From Macrostomum hystrix (Eukaryota > Animalia > Platyhelminthes), in assembly GCA_950097015.1 (NCBI GenBank), contig CATNEN010000038.1, forward strand, positions 19,344,001-19,408,000: a DNA stretch of 64,000 nt, read 5' to 3'. The notes beneath the pieces are model-generated. The model ran no database searches, was not told where the DNA came from, and worked only from the letters and a program-made list of their open reading frames with translations. Positions 59,799 to 64,000 of the stretch are shown piece by piece. The position numbers and the translations under genes are program-made. Numbering within the stretch: the stretch's first letter is position 1; every line of letters begins with the position of its first letter.

Positions 59799-60935
59799 GG
59801 GATCAAGGGTCAGGGGATCAAGGATAAAGAGATCAAGGATTAGGAGATCAAGGGTCAGAGGATCAAGGTCAGAGGATCAAGGGTCAGAGGATCAAGGGTC
59901 AGAGGATCAAGGGTCAGAGGATCAAGGTCAGAGGATCAAGGGTCAGAGGATCAAGTGTCAGGGGATCCATCAATAGGGGATCAAGGGTCAGAGGATCAAG
60001 GGTCAGAGGATCAAGGGTCAGAGGATCAAGGCTCAGAGGATCAAGGGTCAGGGGATCAAGGGTCAGAGGATCAAGGGTCAGGGGATCAAGGGTCAGGGGG
60101 ATCCATCATTAGGGGATCAACGACTAGGGAAAGCCATCATTAGGGGATCAGGGATTAGGGGGATCAATTGTTAGAGGATCAAAGGGTCAGGGGATCAAAG
60201 ATTAGGGGATCAAGGATTAGAGGATTAAATAATGGGGGAGCCATCATTTGGGGATCAAGGCTTAGGGGATCAACGGTTAGGGGATCAAGGGTCAGATGAT
60301 CAAGGGTCAGAGGATCAAGGGTCAGATGATCAAGGGTCAGAGGATCAAGGGTCAGAGGATCAAGGGTCAGAGGATCAAGGGTCAGGGGATCACGGGTCAG
60401 GGGATCAAGGGTCAGGGGGATCCATCATTAGGGGATCAACGACTAGGGAAAGCCATCATTAGGGGATCAGGGATTAGGGGGATCAATTGTTAGAGGATCA
60501 AAGGGTCAGGGGATCAAAGATTAGGGGATCAAGGATTAGAGGATTAAATAATGGGGGAGCCATCATTTGGGGATCAAGGCTTAGGGGATCAACGGTTAGG
60601 GGATCAAGGGTCAGATGATCAAGGGTCAGAGGATCAAGGGTCAGATGATCAAGGGTCAGAGGATCAAGGGTCAGAGGATCAAGGGTCAGAGGATCAAGGG
60701 TCAGGGGATCACGGGTCAGGGGATCAAGGGTCAGGGGGATCCATCATTAGGGGATCAACGACTAGGGAAAGCCATCATTAGGGGATCAGGGATTAGGGGG
60801 ATCAATTGTTAGAGGATCAAAGGGTCAGGGGATCAAAGATTAGGGGATCAAGGATTAGAGGATTAAAGAATAGGTGAGCCGTCATTTGGGGATCAAGGAT
60901 TAGGGGATCAACGGTTAGGGGATCAAGGATCAGGA
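59799..60935. repeat. 15-bp repeat GAGGATCAAGGGTCA organised into a ~319-bp higher-order repeat
   Basis: Identical ORF-track entries 319 bp apart (60232/60551 and 60296/60615). Confidence 0.95.
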
Positions 60936-61554
60936 GATGCAATAGTGTCTGCAGACTGAATTATCAGTACATTCGTAGCAAAACAAAAATAAAACGGTAT
61001 CGTGAGACGAGAGTGAAAAATAAAGCAAGCAATAAACATTTTGAACATGAAAACAATTATACTAGTACACTGGACAATATTTAGAATCTGACAGAATTTT
61101 AAAACAAAAAAGCGATTTGCCGGGTTTTAGAATTCAAAAAATGTTGCAATGCATTAAAACTGTGTTTAGAAGACGTATAATGAAATAGAGATGTGGCACA
61201 AAATTATTTATGAAACTTTTAAGCTTGGTTGCAACCCGGTTTGTTAAAGTAAGGTTATCTGTTAATTGCAAAACTTACGTAATGAACAGTATTTATTATT
61301 CGTATTTAAAAATCGGAATTACGCGCACACTACGTGCAAGTGCTTAAAGCAGTTTCTAAAGCGAATAATGACCTTGTATATAAATGTTAAACTGATTTCA
61401 TAAACAACTTAACATTTACATATTTCTGTTAGCAATGAACTTCCGTGAGACCGTGATTTTAAATCCAACGTACTGTAAAATCTCGATTTAATAAACCATA
61501 AATCGAATTTCCCTGATTAAATTTTTGTACTCCAGGTCTCATATCCACTATCGG

Positions 61555-61905
61555 AAATGTAAAATCTCACATCCCGAATATGAAATCCCACATCCCCAAT
61601 CTGAAATCTCACATCCCAAATCTGAAATCCCACATCCCCAATCTGAAATCTCACATCCCAAATCTGAAATCCCACATCCCCAATCTGAAATCTCATATCC
61701 AAATCTGAAATCCCACATCCCCAATCTGAATTCCATCCCAAATCTGAAATCCCACATCCCAAATCTGAATTCCATCCCAAATCTGAAATCTCACATCCCA
61801 AATCTGAAATCCCACATCCCCAATCTGAAATCCCACATCCCAAATCTGAAATCTTAGATCTTAAATCTGAAATCTCACATCCCAGATCTGAAATCTCACA
61901 TCTCA
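61555..61905. repeat. ~22-bp minisatellite AATCTGAAATC[C/T]CACATCCC[A/C]
   Basis: Begins about 30 nt past the stop codon of the minus-strand terminal exon. Confidence 0.9.
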
Positions 61906-61937
61906 TCTCATGGACAACTCAAATAAATACTCAAATT

Positions 61938-62303
61938 TCAATCGTCGCTAGCAGCCGCAGCCGCAGTTGAATCCTCGATCGGAGCCTTCTGATGCGTCAG
62001 GGCTTCATCGTAGCTCGGCGGAGCGGTGGGCACCATGGTGAACATGGCCAGGTCTGAGCTATCTGCTGGTGGAGCTGATGGAACCATGGCACCTAGGCTT
62101 GGATATAGCTGCTGCTGCTGCTGCTGGAGGCCGGTGGCCGCTGCCCCGGCGCTAGGCTCGCGAAGTGCTCGCACACCTATAGCAATCTGTTCTTCTAACA
62201 GCACGCTGACTATTTCGGATTTGCGATAATCCGGCCCGATGCAAACCACCTGTGACAGGGGCGCCCCCGTAAGGGCCGACAACATCTGCGTGCTGGTTGT
62301 GAT
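61938..62303 (-). CDS. Terminal coding exon of an unidentified gene (upstream exons beyond the window); Pro-rich tail with LYPSL, PSAPP, PTAPPSY
   Basis: Minus-strand acceptor CACTAATCCGCAG precedes an in-frame GC-rich exon (ITTSTQMLSALTGAP...SDD*) with poly-Q/poly-A tracts like those in neighbouring genes. Confidence 0.7.
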   Translation of the reverse strand: MTTSTQMLSALTGAPLSQVVCIGPDYRKSEIVSVLLEEQIAIGVRALREPSAGAAATGLQQQQQQLYPSLGAMVPSAPPADSSDLAMFTMVPTAPPSYDEALTHQKAPIEDSTAAAAASDD

Positions 62304-62599
62304 CTGCGGATTAGTGATTATTAGTGATGATTCCCTGAATCATAATCTGAATCCTGCGCTATTTAATCCCATGATCTAAAACCGTTATTCCTGCGAACCA
62401 AATTTATAATCTAAATCAATCACAGGTAGTTCATTAAATCAAGGAATCACAATCCCATTTCCCCCAATTTATTTAATCCAATAATCATAAAACCATTTTC
62501 CCAAATTTGTTAAAACCCAGAATCATTATCCCAGTATCCCACTGCTTATTAATCCCTAGAATCATACATTTCCTCCATTTTATTTAATCACAAAATCAT

Positions 62600-64000
62600 A
62601 ATCCACTTTCCGCAAGTTTGTTAAATCCCAGAATAATAGTTCCTTATCCCCTAATTTAATAAATCCCAGAATCATAGTTCCTTATCCCCGAGTTTAATAA
62701 ATCCCAGAATAATAGTTCCTTATCCCCTAATTTAATAAATCCCAGAATCATAGTTCCTTACCCCCGAGTTTAATAAATCCCAGAATAATAGTTCCTTATC
62801 CCCTAATTTAATAAATCCCAGAATCATAGTTCCTTATCCCCCAGTTTAATAAATCCCAGAATAATAGTTCCTTATCCCCCAGTTTAATAAATCACAGAAT
62901 CATAGTTCCTTATCCCCCAGTTTAATAAATCCCAGAATAATATTTCCTTATCCCCCAGTTTAATAAATCCCAGAATAATAGTTCCTTATCCCCCAGTTCA
63001 ATAAATCACAGAATCATAGTTCCTTATCCCCCAGTTTAATAAATCCCAGAATAATAGTTCCTTATCCCCAGTTTAATAAATCACAGAATCATAGTTCCTT
63101 ATCCCCAGTTTAATAAATCCCAGAATAATAGTTCCTTATCCCCCAGTTTAATAAATCCCAGAATAATAGTTCCTTATCCCCCAGTTCAATAAATCACAGA
63201 ATCATAGTTCCTTATCCCCCAGTTTAATAAATCACAGAATCATAGTTCCTTATCCCCCAGTTTAATAAATCCCAGAATCATAGTTCCTTATCCCCCAGTT
63301 TAATAAATCACAGAATCATAGTTCCTTATCCCCCAGTTTAATAAATCACAGAATCATAGTTCCTTATCCCCCAGTTTAATAAATCCCAGAATAATAGTTC
63401 CTTATCCCCCAGTTTAATAAATCCCAGAATCATAGTTCCTTATCCCCCAGTTCAATAAATCCCAGAATCATAGTTCCTTATCCCCCAGTTTAATAAATCC
63501 CAGAAAAATAGTTCCTTATCCCCCAGTTTAATAAATCACAGAATCATAGTTCCTTATCCCCCAGTTTAATAAATCCCAGAATAATAGTTCCTTATCCCCA
63601 GTTTAATAAATCACAGAATCATAGTTCCTTATCCCCAGTTTAATAAATCCCAGAATAATAGTTCCTTATCCCCCAGTTTAATAAATCCCAGAATAATAGT
63701 TCCTTATCCCCCAGTTCAATAAATCACAGAATCATAGTTCCTTATCCCCCAGTTCAATAAATCACAGAATCATAGTTCCTTATCCCCCAGTTTAATAAAT
63801 CACAGAATCATAGTTCCTTATCCCCCAGTTTAATAAATCCCAGAATAATAGTTCCTTATCCCCAGTTTAATAAATCCCAGAATAATAGTTCCTTATCCCC
63901 CAGTTTAATAAATCACAGAATCATAGTTCCTTGTCCCCTAGTTTAATAAATCCCAGAATCATAGTTCCTTATCCCCCAGTTTAATAAATCACAGAATCAT
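62600..64000. repeat. 38-bp minisatellite CATAGTTCCTTATCCCCCAGTTTAATAAATC[C/A]CAGAAT, running off the window
   Basis: Tandem units with degenerate precursors from about 62400; intronic to the minus-strand gene. Confidence 0.95.

Noticed and set aside
59776-61906. (EDQGS)n, (IKGQR)n and (ISDLG)n ORFs
   Set aside because: Translations of minisatellites with no splice or codon-usage support.

Overview
Eukaryotic (animal) genomic DNA with short GC-rich exons and introns filled with minisatellites. The overall style suggests a flatworm such as Macrostomum, but that is an inference. Reconstructed spliced genes: the 3' part of KNTC1/Rough deal (+, 10 exons, 1892-12748), a mitochondrial acyl-CoA dehydrogenase (+), WDR37 (+), RPL4 (-), CaMKI (+), IFRD1/2 (-), and the last exon of an unidentified gene (-) whose tail carries LYPxL, PSAP, PTAP and PPxY motifs. 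Mobile DNA: a non-autonomous Helitron with two nested MITEs upstream of the RPL4 start, a second copy of one of those MITEs, two tRNA-derived SINE families (one inserted into the other with a 14-bp TSD), a CACTA/EnSpm-type transposase ORF with its right end, a possible MULE remnant, other foldback elements and a dispersed ~450-bp repeat. About 25 different tandem arrays (13-49 bp units) are present, and 16 of 27 complete introns carry their own. Most notable: (i) intron-private minisatellites that share ATCC(C)/TAGC cores; (ii) twin 38-bp arrays with an identical 15-bp core; (iii) an intronless orphan ORF with a strict tryptophan heptad register; (iv) a cellular C-terminus with all three ESCRT late-domain motif classes. 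No CRISPR array, rRNA or functional tRNA is supported.
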